The notes: generated by a model not told the origin, from the sequence alone. 61,956 nucleotides of DNA, filler included, from 20 parts of 20 records of this genome joined end to end with filler, not necessarily neighbours in it; one strand, 5' to 3'. Positions 44,219 through 57,240 are shown, numbered from the whole stretch's first letter. Made by a program: numbers and translations.

Positions 44219-45716
44219 CTTGAACAATCTAGATCGCCGACAGTTAGCATCCAGAGTCAGAACCCACAGACTCGCAAAGAACGCCACACAGCAGGTCATC
44301 ACGAAAACGAGCACATATCCAAAACCAAGATTCCAAATGTTAAAGTCTCGATCGGGGACAAATTGCATGAAAGACCAAACTATGCTGAAAGATAATATAT
44401 AATAGAATTCGAATTGTTGGAATACCAGTTTTAAAAGATCTCTGTCAACGGAACCCAGCTCGATAATGAGAAATAAGAGCACTAACACATTTGGAATATT
44501 TCCGATAAGAATTCGTCCACCTAAAAGTAGCAAAATGTTATTTACATGTAATGAAAATTTTATTGTCGCAATTAATTTCAAGAGTAATTATAACTGAACA
44601 TGCCAAAAAACATCGCTTGTTCGCAATAAAGATTCCTCGCATTTCTGCTGCATCAAGAGAAGTACCCGGGCTCGGTTCATGGAAATCAACAGGCATGTGC
44701 TTCAAACTCAACCAACCTCCGGCTGAGGCTCGGCCGGATGCGCACCACAGCAGCCCAAGTAGCACCACGTGGCCTTGAAACCCCGAATCCAATCTCACAA
44801 ACTCACCCAGTGCAACGCGAGGAACCGTTTGCAGCATCCATTCACGACACCTCGAGGCAACAAAACCCGGCAAATGCGATGAGGTCACCTCTCCTCCCAT
44901 TTCCCAACACAATGACACACAACAGACGAAAGCACATGTTTTTGACAGAATCCGCATTGTGAAAATGCACAAAAAACCGCAAAGCCGACCGTGAGAAAAG
45001 TCGTCATGCAGTACTCTTTTCTGTGTATCCAGACCTCCAATCTCCCCAATTTGCAGATGTAGCCCACGAATGAGCATTGGGAGCGGTGCATTGGATGGGA
45101 GGGAATTAAAGCATGTTGCTTCAGGTGCCAAAATCTTGCATAGACGCACTGAAAGAGGGTGATTTGCCAGCGCTAGAATTTCAAAGTTTTGCATTGGAGA
45201 GCGTTACGCTCTGTGGGTGAATCAAAATTTCTTGAATTTGGAAACGACAACTATAAAGTACTGTCCGAAAGAAAATTATTCGACCAGGGCTTGATTGTTC
45301 AGCCCAAAAATGTGCCAACATTCTTAGAGTAAAGAGTAAAAGCTAGTAGCGAGCTTTAAAAAAAGCAGCAGCTGGCTGCTTTTCAAAAGCAAACACATTT
45401 TTGAATTTTTGAATTAAGTAGCCTTCATCAAACGAGCACTCCTTCCAAAAAAAAAATTAGCATTGCATATGAGCAATAGCAGAGGATCGTGTTGTGCACC
45501 TTGGCAAAAACAATTTAGTACTTACTGTCGTCCGCCAAATCAAAACTGGAGATTAGAAGCGCCATGATTTGCTTCAAAACGAAGAACGCAATCACGCAAT
45601 GCTCCAAATATCGCCAGCCTCCAATCTTATGGAGTATTGTGGATCGTAGCAGAGGGTTGAATTTCGACGGGTAATCATGCCACTCGCTCACACATTGCAA
45701 TTCTTTGTACATCAAT
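44219..45716 (-). CDS. Multi-pass membrane protein of unknown function (internal exons 45526-45716 and 44219-44520)
   Basis: Phase-1 GT-AG join; several hydrophobic helices around VDRDLLKLVFQQFEFYYIL. Confidence 0.6.
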
Positions 45717-47944
45717 CTACAAGAAAAAACACATATATTCAACAAAGATTGGGATGTGCACACCTCACATTTCGCCTTCAGTGCTAAAAACGTATTCATA
45801 ACCACTCAGATTTTTAGTGCTAAAAATGCATTCATGACCGCCTCTTCGTGGCTTTGTAACTCTGCAATATGGAGAGGCGATGTCGTGAAGCTTTTATGAC
45901 AATATCTACAGGTGTTTGGTACATTACGTTAGAAGTGGCAGCAGGAGTACTCTTCTGGGTGTCAATAAGTGTGCTTTTGAACATCGAAAAATTGTGAAAA
46001 GTTGAAAATCTGAGGAGGAGAAGAAGAAGAGCGAGGATTGGGGTTTCCCCTAATTTTCGAGTGTTCAAACCCCCCAGTAAAAAATCCAGAGGAGCACCCA
46101 TGCTGCGACTTCTAATATGATGTACCACAACCCTGTAGATGCTGCCACAAAAGTTTCAGTACAACATCTCTCTAGGTGGCAGAATTACACAACCCACGAA
46201 GAGGTGTACGTGGTCACGAATGCGTTTAGCACTTAGTTACTAGACTGACACGGATGCTTTTCAGGAGTTGTGCGTGGCACTTACGCAGCTCCAGAACACC
46301 CGGCCCGCATGAGTTTTCATTTCTGACTGTTTTGTGTTCCNNNNNNNNNNNNNNNNNNNNNNNNNNNNNNNNNNNNNNNNNNNNTTAATTAATTAANNNN
46401 NNNNNNNNNNNNNNNNNNNNNNNNNNNNNNNNNNNNNNNNCAAAATAAACAAAGAAAAAAAGTTTGTCCCACCCCACCCGCCCTAGGTGAAAACCTAATA
46501 GTCCGCACCCTCCACTCCTAGTAAAATCGTAGGGGTACTTTTGCCTCAACCAAAAACCTAGGGGTCGAAAGCCCCCTTCCCCATCCATACACCACACACC
46601 CTCCTACACACATTCCCCCCTCACACACTAGAAATCTCCAGGTGTACGCGTACCCCTAGTGCCACCACACGAAATATCTAAATTGAATACACAGATTACG
46701 TCAATGAATAACACACCCTCTACTCCACACACAATTTTCAGTACACTCTGTTTCGAAATTAGGATTTTTTAGGTTTTTGAATGTTTCTCAAATAACTCCA
46801 ACATCCATACACTACCCTCTAATTTAAAATTTCACATGTGCTTGTACTTTAAGTATTGTTCGAAATTTGCAGAAGAAAAAGGAAAACTTGTGTTTTTCAT
46901 AATATGAAAATTTGTTTTTGCGAATTTCAAAGTATTTTTTTTTCGTATTTCTCAAAGTGAAATGCTTGGTCACTCAATTCACGTGGGAAAAATCCCTCTC
47001 ATACTCCCTCACATCACTCACAGTCACACGACATACCACCGTGCGCTTGCAACATTCCTCGTAAAATAGAGAAAATTACACAACAATGTATTTCTACGTA
47101 TACAAAAGGTTTAATGAGTACGACGTGGAAAATTGTGTCACAAAATCAGAGTTTTTTGTTTTTTTTTGTTACACATGTATTTTTTGTCCAAAGACTCGGC
47201 TGAGACAAACGTTTTTTCCCATGATCTCATTTTGAGACCTTGTTTTTTTGAATGTCACAAAGTTTTTTCTCGATTCCTCAATTTTCACACTCAAAGTTCT
47301 CCACTTGAAATAAAAAAAAAACACTAACAAAACCTGCACCACTGAATCTAAGCAGGGATGTGTTTTCATTGCAGTAACTCACCATACACAGTACATGTGT
47401 TTCATTCGTACTATAAAAATGATAATTGCCACTATATTTCACTAAGTCTCTTGTGAACAACCTTTTTGTTGTTCAAAACCACCAAACATTCTGGAACGGA
47501 AAATTCATGCAATTACCCAGAGCAAATATTTTTTATTCACAAAAATGACTTTGTGTTCTTTTTTGCATGCTGGGGCGACACGCCCGTGCCTGTTCGTTTC
47601 CCTGTAACATTGATACCCTTATCCAAAAATAAATGACAACGTCCCATAAACCCAAAACATTTTGCTGCGACGATACCCATGTACCACTTTTACTTGGTTG
47701 GCGTGAGCAAAAAGCTGAGAAATGGTGTGTGCAGTCTTTTTACAAACAAAAAAAACAATGCTCAACGGATAATGAGAAAGTGACTCAAAATCCACCATAG
47801 GTCGTGCAATTTTTGGTTTATTGTGTCGTCTCGCTTGGGGAAAAGTAAATCGTAAATCTCCATGAATTCTACGATGGCGTATCGTTAAAAGCACCGTAAT
47901 CTACGATATTTCTTCCGTACTTTACGATATTTCTGCACTTCAGA

Positions 47945-47992
47945 TATCGTGGGTTTACGATCTCAGTATCGTGGGTTTACGATCTCAGTATC
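47945..47992 (+). repeat. 22-bp tandem duplication
   Basis: tatcgtgggtttacgatctcag x2. Confidence 0.85.
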
Positions 47993-48234
47993 ATGCACAA
48001 TAAGTCTCTTTGTACACGAAAGTTTGCACACCACAATTTTGAAAAAAAATGATTTGATGCGCAAACCATCACAGCTAGAATTATAGGTTGTGTAGTTTTT
48101 TATTGCAGAGTGATGATATTTTTTGTTCAAAAACAAAATCACTATTTCCAGATACTGTTACATGTTTTTTTAGTATACATCAATTTGTCATTTCTAAATT
48201 AACTCACAAGAATTAATACGAAAAGCTTCATTCT

Positions 48235-48506
48235 CTACACACTGACGCTAATATTTTTTGATCCATAGTCATGAAAATCCGACGTCCCTTGGAGAGTTCT
48301 TATGACACCACGTCGCCAGATACTTGAAGATTTTTCTGCAATTTCGGCGTCGTACAACATACAACTATTCGTTCCAGTATTATACGACCATTGCAAACAC
48401 CATTCGAAGATTTCACATGATCTCGCGCAATCGTTGTGCGTTGGAACACCTTCTTTTGTGGTGTGTCCTGCTTTAAAGCGTCCTTCTTCGAATGAGTATT
48501 CGCGTG
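48235..48506 (-). CDS. Exon encoding a PAN/Apple-like domain
   Basis: Acceptor atttccag; DCARSC...WCLQWSYNTGTNSCMLY...WRRG pattern. Confidence 0.6.
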
Positions 48507-50019
48507 CTGGAAATGATGTATAAACATATAAATTTACATTTTCAAACATTTTATTCTCATTTTGATTTACAAATCCTAAAAGCGTATTTTCTGTTTTTGT
48601 AAAAAAATNNNNNNNNNNNNNNNNNNNNNNNNNNNNNNNNNNNNNNNNNNNNTTAATTAATTAANNNNNNNNNNNNNNNNNNNNNNNNNNNNNNNNNNNN
48701 NNNNNNNNGGTAAAGTTGCTGTTTAAGTTGATGTGGTGGGTCGCTTCACTGCTAGATATTGATGCATTCAACGAGATGTATTTTTCAACAGTTGTTGGCT
48801 TTTTCATTGATTTTTGAAGCTTTTTTGACCTGTTTTGGTGCTCTGCGAAAATCTGATTGCGGAATTGGATCGTGTAGCGCGTTTTTGCGTTAAAAGTTTA
48901 GGGCTATTTCTCCTCACAATACAAGAGAAACATCTGCTTGGATCTTATCGGGGAAGTAGTTCCACTCTGAGCTTTGCCGCACCTTGGTTTATCGGTACAT
49001 GCTACCCCAGTTGGTGTTTTGAAATGATATCTGTCAAAAAACCGACCTGCTTGGGGTGAGGGGGAAGAGCAGACATAAGGGGGTTAATGCTACAATCCTC
49101 TTTGTATTGTAATTTTATTTTCTTGTATTAGCATGTCTTCCTACCGTGCATGGTATTAATGAACGAATACTACAGGTTGAAGATAAAGTGCATGGACTTT
49201 CAGATTCGATGCAATCACTTCAGGTATCTGTTTTATTTGTTGAAATTTTCTTGAACTGGAAATTAAAGTGCCATGTGTTACCTTGATTTTAGGATGGCAT
49301 GACCGTACTGTTGGAAAGAGGACAGATTGATGAAGCTGGTAGGTACCACTCATGGTGGAAATCTAAATTGTCTGAAAGACATGGTGTCATAACTTTTGAA
49401 ACATTTGAGTGTCAACAAATATCGTCTTTTTCATGCAGTTTTGATGTCGCTAAAATGTTTGATCTCAAGGACCCCAGAAAAAGCGAGAAACTTAGATTTT
49501 GCCGGACTTAAAATTGAAGCAAGTTCCAGGCAGAAAGGAACGATTGCTGGCAGTTGTGGTTTGATTGGACGAATTTCTTGTGCTCCCTTTCGGTCCTTTT
49601 TATCTCTGATTAGGGATTTTTTATTTCATCTCTTTTGACATACATGTGTTATTCGCCAACTGAGGAAAAATAAAAATACGTTAAAAATGCAAGCACGGAA
49701 ATTCGCGTTTTGGCCAAAAAATAATGCCATTATGCTTGCAAATTTTCCATTCACCACTGTTGAGTCAAATGCAAACACTGGAAAATTCGAGCAGACCTGA
49801 AATTAGACGAGTTCGTGGAATTTTTGCTAATTGTGGTGTGAAAAACAGAAACAAAGACACTATTTAGGACACCATTTTCGGACTTTAACTTTGTGCGAAC
49901 TCTTTGTGTGCAGCTCCACTGAACTCTCATTGGAAACAGCAGAAGGGTTCATTCATTATTTATGTGAATACACAGCGTGTGTATGTTAAGGGAAAAGTTT
50001 ACAGGACAAGATACATCAA

Positions 50020-51210
50020 TAACTTGAGATTTTGAGTTTACGTAAATAACGGATGGCCCAACCGATTGAGTTGAAACATAATTTTGCAGGAAACCGTGAC
50101 AGCTCAACCTAATTTTTTCATTGTATGTCCTGCAATTGTCCAAATGCATGTCTTGTATTTTCTATTCTTTTTGCTTGGATACAGCACATTTATTTTTCAA
50201 AAATGATTCAAAATGAATTAATTCTTTGCAGAATTATCCGATCATCTCTGAACTCCATGCACAAGCTGACTTAATATTCACTTTTCATAAAATTTATGCG
50301 ATGGCTTCAACGCACATTTTCGTGACACAACACATAATTTACTATTGAGAAAACACTCTCCAATTCGAGCGTACCAAGCGTAAGTTTTGTCAGGAAAATG
50401 TGACTGTCCTTCGGGTTTTCAGTTTCTTTGCACTGTGTTTCGTGAATAATTCGTTCGGTAAAAGATGGAAATTTTTTCATACATGACAATTTTTCGATTC
50501 GTTGGTGCATTTTGAGATTTTAAAATCCTCAAAAAGTGTTTTGGTATGCATCGCTACGAAAATGTCCTCGAAAGCTCCACCAGAGCTGATAATTGAAACA
50601 GAATTTTGCAGGAGCCCAATGGTTCTGCAAATGCATGCACATACAATGTTTTCATTGTCTGTCCTGCAATTGTCCAAAGTGAGTCTTTTGAAGTACATTT
50701 TATCCTTGAAAGATTTAATAATATTTTCATAGTGAAAATGCGCATGGATTGTGTGTGAGTGCAAAAAAGTGTACAAAATGAGTAATAAAGTGACTCCTGT
50801 GAAACTAGTACCCCAAAACTGTTGAAAACCGAAAGCGAATAGCAACGTACGCAACTGATTAATGTTTCAGGAAACTTGCTGATCACGCAAGCAAAATTTT
50901 CAGTAACATGGATCTCTGGGTCATTGAAACACAGCTTTTTGATACTTATAACGCTCATGCAGTGTGAGTGACTGGAAAATGTGTAAAAAACCGTTGAAAA
51001 GGGAAAACCAGAAAGAAAATCTTTTCCGCCAGTGCATCTGATCAACAATTTTCGAACATTTTGAGTTTCAACACCACCTCAAATGGGTTGACTACACCGC
51101 TAAGAGCCCCGAAAGCAGCAAAACTGGTGACTTGAAATATAATTTTGCAGGTGATGCTTTTCTCAACATTCGGAAATTTGCATTGTCTGTCCTGCAATTG
51201 TTGAAACAGT
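50020..51210. repeat. Three degenerate ~530-bp tandem units
   Basis: cattgtMtgtcctgcaattgt at 50119, 50653 and 51181, each preceded by attttgcagg and ttttgag. Confidence 0.65.
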
Positions 51211-52052
51211 TTATTACTTTAGTTAATATATCCATGCGCTCCTTTGGAAAAAAAAGGGACGTGGGTAACCTCGATTTTGAACTGAGCCAAGGCGGGAAAT
51301 TTTGGGAAAAAAGCTAAGTTTTTCGATTGGGACTCCCCTAAAATGGTGCAAAATAGCTCATGGAATGTGAATTAAAGCATCCACGCAGTCCGTAGAAAAT
51401 TCTAGGAAAATTCTACGGTCCTAGAAAATTCTTGGAACATTTCTAAAAATAGAAAACTAAAGTGAGCTCAGCAGAACAAGAGTCTCCATTCCTGCAGCGA
51501 CAGCCAGAAGCCCCAGCGGCGTTTGAGTGTGCACAACTGTCACGTCACTTGTAATCGCTGTGCCGTAGGTAAAGAGAACCAGAAATAAGGGAGAGAAAGA
51601 AGGAGTTAGGAGTTGGTTCAGTGCATTGTCGTTAAGTATGCACGCAAGGGGGGTTGAGATTCACCATTCTGATAATTTTCTCAGAATAAAAGTGACAACG
51701 AAAGAGACGGGGATGAGAAAGAAAAGAGACAAGGAACAATTGCGCACATTGTGAATCATGTTTCAGTTCCTAGAAAATTCTGAGAACTATTTAATTTTGA
51801 CTCCATTATCTTTTTTGTGGTTTTGTAAGGTCTTACAATTGAGTTTCGCTTTTTAATTTCAATTCCACTAAGTTTTTTATGCAGCACGNNNNNNNNNNNN
51901 NNNNNNNNNNNNNNNNNNNNNNNNNNNNNNNNTTAATTAATTAANNNNNNNNNNNNNNNNNNNNNNNNNNNNNNNNNNNNNNNNNNNNAACTTGAAGTTT
52001 ACTTTTACAAAAACCTACCGCAGCTCAAGTATTAAATGTTGAAAGTTTATAA

Positions 52053-53174
52053 TTAATTACACCAAAAACAATTTTTTATACTACATGAATATCAATTCAC
52101 AGCTTTTATAACTATAGGCATGGCAAAATGATACTGCCCGCATAACTCTGAGCATTGCCCATAATAAATGCCTTCCCGAGCTACAGCAAAAAAAACTTGG
52201 TTTAATCTACCAGGAATACCGTCAGTTTTAATCCCTAAACTAGGAATTGCTCAACTATGTATAACGTCAGATGCAGTAACTAAAGTTCTTATTGCTGTAC
52301 CTACTGGTAAAACTAGAGCTTTAGAGGTTTCTAATAAGCGAGAAGTCCTGAAAGTTTTTAAATATGGGAATGTGTCTGTAGTTAAAGTATTGTTATATTT
52401 TAAATAAGTTTGTAAATACTGTAGTTTTACTTCAGAAGATAATTTTAAATTAGTAAGGATAAGTTTAGGGCCAAGATATTTAGATTTTAAAGTATAGTCT
52501 GACAAACAATAGCTATTAAATGAATAATTTGTAATTTTAGGTAGAGTAATTATATTTTTATGCAAGTCTATAAATAATTTTGTATGCAAAGTCATTAAAG
52601 GTAAATTATTATTATATTGCATAAATTTTTTATTAAAAAAGAAATTTATATAATTAGTTAAATTATTATTTGTAGTAAAGTAAGGTGTACGTAAATGTTC
52701 AAAATACGTTTTAAACTTAATTACTGATTTTGTTAATAATGTACCTTTAACAAATTTATAAATATTACTATAATTGGTATACCCATCATAAGTAACTTCA
52801 TAATGTCAGTATCATTGCCTTCCTACAGCTTTAATACAAATAAAACTATCAGGGTACTCATCCATAGCGTATAATAACGAAAAAGATGGCGCATAAATGC
52901 AAGCTATACTTAGCATAGGTATAATAGAGTAAATTCGTTCTAGACTTGTTCAATGGCTAATTCTAGAGCTGTAAGCTTGTTTATGCTCCGTAAATAAAAT
53001 AATAGAACCTACTAATCCATAAATAACTAAAATTAAAATATAAATAAGATGAAATGACATTTCAAGCTGTAAATCAATAATTCCCTCCATTACAGGGCTG
53101 GCTGGCTGTTGAAACCACATTTGATTATTATAAGGTAACGCTAAAATTAAATTAAAAAAATTATTATTTATTAT
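52053..53174 (-). CDS. cox2: Mitochondrial cytochrome c oxidase subunit 2 (TGA=Trp; ~373 aa with large in-frame insertions; start probably ATA)
   Basis: [62 protein letters not shown], CuA motif [16 protein letters not shown]; 5 in-frame TGA, three at conserved Trp. Confidence 0.96.
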
Positions 53175-53180
53175 AAATTA

Positions 53181-53680
53181 AATAAAATAAAAATACGTAG
53201 GCCTATTAAACCCTTTCGCGTTTTAACGTGGTTTTCACTATAGCTTATTATTTGATTAAATAATTTATATTTGTGAGGAAATTGGGTTAGCTTATGGCCA
53301 ATGATATAATAATTTGGGAAAACAGCAACTCAGCGTTTTCGTTGTCATCTTCCTGTAATAATTAGTTGTAAACAACTTAGTTGATTAAATAATATGTTAT
53401 ATTGATATTTATTGTGTATTATAATTTTTTGTAAATTTAACAAAGTATACAATAAGTATAATTGCTCGTATTTAGAAAAAATAATTTGTATTTGTATTTG
53501 TAAATATACACTAAGTATTTTTGAAGTATCGTATAAATTAGGTCAAAATAAAAGATAGTTATAAATAATTATTAAATTTAATGTAAATTTAGAACGTCAT
53601 AAAAATTTAATAGTTAATAAAAAAAAAGTAAAAAAATTATAAATTATATTTAAACTTTTTGGCACTAATTGGTTAAAATT
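53181..53680 (+). CDS. Divergent mitochondrial rpl5-like reading frame containing in-frame TAA/TAG
   Basis: IISCKQLSWLNNMLYWYL, SIFEV, L*III and IIFKLFG occur in rpl5 motif order over ~166 codons; G/C concentrated at codon positions 1-2. Confidence 0.35.
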
Positions 53681-54490
53681 GTTTAGTTTTTTTGATAAAA
53701 ATAATTTAAATTTTTTATTTAAAAAAACTTTATAAAAATTTAATAATAATTTATATTGAGTTAACAAGGGGTAGGAAAATGATCAATAATAGGTATTGGT
53801 AAATTTTTGTCATTTGTAAATATTTAGAGTAGTATATTTTATAATTCATTGATTTATAATATGAAATAAAGATTTTAATTTTATAATATTTATAAAAATT
53901 TTATATAAATTGAAATTAATTATAAAACTTTTTAATTTTTTAAAAAAAATATTATAATTATAAATAAAATATATTTTATAGTTTATTTGATAATAAATTA
54001 TTATTTTACTAGGTAAAATAAAATATTTCTGAAAACAATTTAAAACTATATTATTATTATTAAATTTATTTTTTGTTATAAATAAATTTAAATTATTAGA
54101 CTTTCAAAAAAAATTCCAACATTTCGATAATCAAAATGATTTAGTGCCTCCTAAAAAAGTAGAGTTAACCTTATAAGTAAAAAATTTATTAATACAAAAA
54201 TATTTAAAAAAAGCTAGGCTAGTAGTATATAAAAAATTATTATTTTTAAAATAATAATTATGCAATACTAAAGTATTTAATTTTAAAAAATGATACGTAT
54301 GCCTAAGAAAATACCTACTTCAATAATTGGGGTAGCTTGAAAAAATATAATTATTAAATTTACTAATATTAATAGTATAAGAACTATTTAGAGATAAATA
54401 ATTTCAATGTGTCTGACTGCGTAAACGAAATAATCTCGGATGTGCCTGGTGTCTTATTTTATAATTATAATTTATAAATGAAAACAAATA
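53681..54490 (+). CDS. Unidentified mitochondrial reading frame(s), probably divergent ribosomal protein(s), with in-frame TAA/TAG
   Basis: Same frame as the preceding segment; codon periodicity (e.g. DFQKKFQHFDNQNDLVPPKKVELTL, QKYLKKARLVVYKK); boundaries uncertain. Confidence 0.35.
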
Positions 54491-54744
54491 TTAATAAATT
54501 TAATTTTAATAACTATTAAAACATTAAATAATTTTATTTATAATTGAATTATGACGACTAGTCATAAAAAAATCGGTATCTTGTACCTTGTTGTTGGTTT
54601 TAATGGGGGCCTATGCGGTACTTTTTATTCATTATTAATTCGCTCAGAGTTAACATCGCCGTATCATACTATTTACAACGGCTGTTACCAAGCATATTAT
54701 GTAACTATTACGATGCACGGCTTAATAATGATTTTTTTTATGGT
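54488..54744 (+). CDS. cox1: Mitochondrial cytochrome c oxidase subunit 1, 5' part (start uncertain: in-frame ATG 54440, ATA/ATT 54488-54536, or ATG 54551)
   Basis: NW(TGA)IMTTSHKKIGILYL...LIRSEL..P...TMHGLIMIFFM. Confidence 0.95.
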
Positions 54745-56175
54745 NNNNNNNNNNNNNNNNNNNNNNNNNNNNNNNNNNNNNNNNNNNNTTAATTAATTAA
54801 NNNNNNNNNNNNNNNNNNNNNNNNNNNNNNNNNNNNNNNNNNNNAAATCCTTCGACAGTCTCCTACCTTAAGCATACTTTCACTCACATTGATTCTACAA
54901 AACGCTAGTACTACAGATATCCCAATCTCGTAGATGTACAATTACAGTATGTACTGTTATGTAAATAGTTGGGAGGATGATGCATATTGTACAGTGTTCT
55001 TACAACCAACTATTTATTTTATTTAAATACAACCTTTGAATTCATGATCTAGTGTGAACAAACGAGTGGATAAAATTTGTTAGTAACAAAAAAGGGGAAT
55101 TACCTCATTATTTTACTTTACCTTCGATAGCTGCAGCGATTTTCTTGTGGGTACACTTGATTTTGGTACCATGTTCACTATGTGTCCTCAAATCATCCAA
55201 AAATCCATCAAGCTTCTTGGGGGGATGATGTTCTACATTATCCTAGAACCAGAAGGAAATAAAAACCACATTTTCTTTAAAGAGCGTGTGTGACGGAGCG
55301 ACATGCAATCACACGGAACAAAACATCACTAAATGATACAAAACTTATGGTCGCAAATGAAATGAGTTATCATAAAAAATATTACATACGGACAGTGCAT
55401 GTTTTCCAACTTATCATGTGTATAATCTAATCTGGTGTACTGATATCTAGAAATAACTTGGTATATTTCTCAAAACATTTCCTATTTCTCGCTTGAATTC
55501 CCACACAAGTGAAAATGCAAAACACTATTACAAGAGCAATATTCCATCAAAAATATCACATGGAAAATTATTTTTGGGGATTTACAGAATTTTCCTGTTT
55601 GAAGAGTGTCAAAGTTTTCACTTTTCTCATTTCTAAACTTTAAGACTGAATCTGTGACAGTCAAATATTTTTTGCGAAAAAAATCGAAAATAATAACAGG
55701 ATCTTTTCTCAAACTCGTTGTATTTGCCACAATATTTCCTATGTTTGGCTTGAAATCACATAAGAGTGTAGAGGAAAAACACAGTTTAGAAACTGATACC
55801 CGAACAAGAAAAATTAACATTACATCTGTAGACAAGAGTTCCGACGGAAGCGTTTCAAATGGAAATATTTCAGGGGATAAAAGTGTGAAAAATCAAAGTT
55901 TAGATGACGAGATGATGAAAAAAGTGATGAATGTGCTTTGCTTCCGATGTTATACATAACATTGTGTTTACTGCTCTAATTTTGTTGCTTTTGAAAATAT
56001 ACACATATGTTTTTCTTGACAGGGTTCTTGTAGATGACGTGATTTTTCCTGCCACCCAAAAGACTCTTCCGTTGATTCAGTTTCAAATTTTCGTGTGTAT
56101 TTTTTGTATCTGATGGATGACAATTTCCAGTACTTCTTGATATCAAGACTCTAAATGTGGTGTGTCTTTTTTTAC

Positions 56176-56771
56176 CTCATTGACTGTTGGATTTTCTTCA
56201 TTTGGCCAAATGTATATCCCGTTTTCGTCTGAAAAACACAAATACAGTGCCTATGAAAAATTGAACCCGCTTCATGATGTGAATTTCACCGGAAAATAAT
56301 AACACAAGTTTGCCACTTTGGATTAAATGGAAATCACACACCAAAGAACAAACAGATGGTGTGTATGAAAATTTCAAATAACAATGGCTCTCCTCCTTGT
56401 TTCGATTGTGTATCAGTTTTTTTAAAAAAATACAAACACAATGTACAGTGTACATCTCCTGGCCCGTTTAGAATAGTATGAAATTAGCCGTACAGATTCT
56501 CGAAGTTACAGTGATTGGATCCGTACCTGTTTGAAAAATAACAAATCCTTTTCCACAAACTATCTGAGAAATGTTCAATTCTGATAACTTTTCTAGTTTT
56601 TGTGGAACCCATAATGTTGTCTTGTTGTAGAGAGTGCCGAAAATGAAAAATGAGGAATCAGCTGAAAATGCATAAAAACAAAAACATTGCAATCAATAAA
56701 AGCGCGGTTCAAAGCCAAAACCTCTTAACAGACACACAACATTTTCACGTCCACACATCGCGAAATTGAAT
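56176..56771 (-). CDS. RCC1/BLIP-II-like repeat protein (exons 56722-56771, 56527-56661, 56176-56228; possible further exon 55122-55242)
   Basis: Phase-consistent joins give FAMCGRENVVCLLRADSSFFIFG...PQKLEKLSELNISQIVCGKGFVIFQTDENGIYIW. Confidence 0.6.
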
Positions 56772-57240
56772 CTATAATAACATAGTCATTTGTTTGTTCC
56801 CTTGTTTCTTCGTGTGCCAACCACACCAAAACCTTTAAGGCACTAGACCAGAAACGCCTTTTCAAATATCATTCTCCATGAAGATTTCTGCGTTTGGCTT
56901 AAACATTTTGTAGAACGTAGTTTAAACACGGGGGAATAAAAAATACTTCGGAAAAGTTCGGCAGCATGACAGCGTACTTTCGCTACATCATGAAATTTCG
57001 GAAATATTATTCGAACTGTTGTATCCCAAGAACGAGAGCTTTTGAAATATCATTGCCCTTAGTAAAGTTCCTATGATACCTAGAAATACACATTTNNNNN
57101 NNNNNNNNNNNNNNNNNNNNNNNNNNNNNNNNNNNNNNNTTAATTAATTAANNNNNNNNNNNNNNNNNNNNNNNNNNNNNNNNNNNNNNNNNNNNTTCAT
57201 TTTTGCCTAGCCTACAGCCTTTTTGCTCCCTTTTTCACTC

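Noticed and set aside
44538-45194. 218-aa minus-strand ORF
   Set aside because: Falls inside the predicted intron of the membrane-protein gene and has no recognizable domain
52251-52622. 123-aa ORF as a separate gene
   Set aside because: Internal piece of cox2 cut at TGA=Trp codons
54140-54455. Short matches to LSU rRNA motifs (cctcctaaa, tgggg, tgactgcg)
   Set aside because: Order and context do not fit rRNA, and the region shows codon periodicity; an Infernal search would settle it
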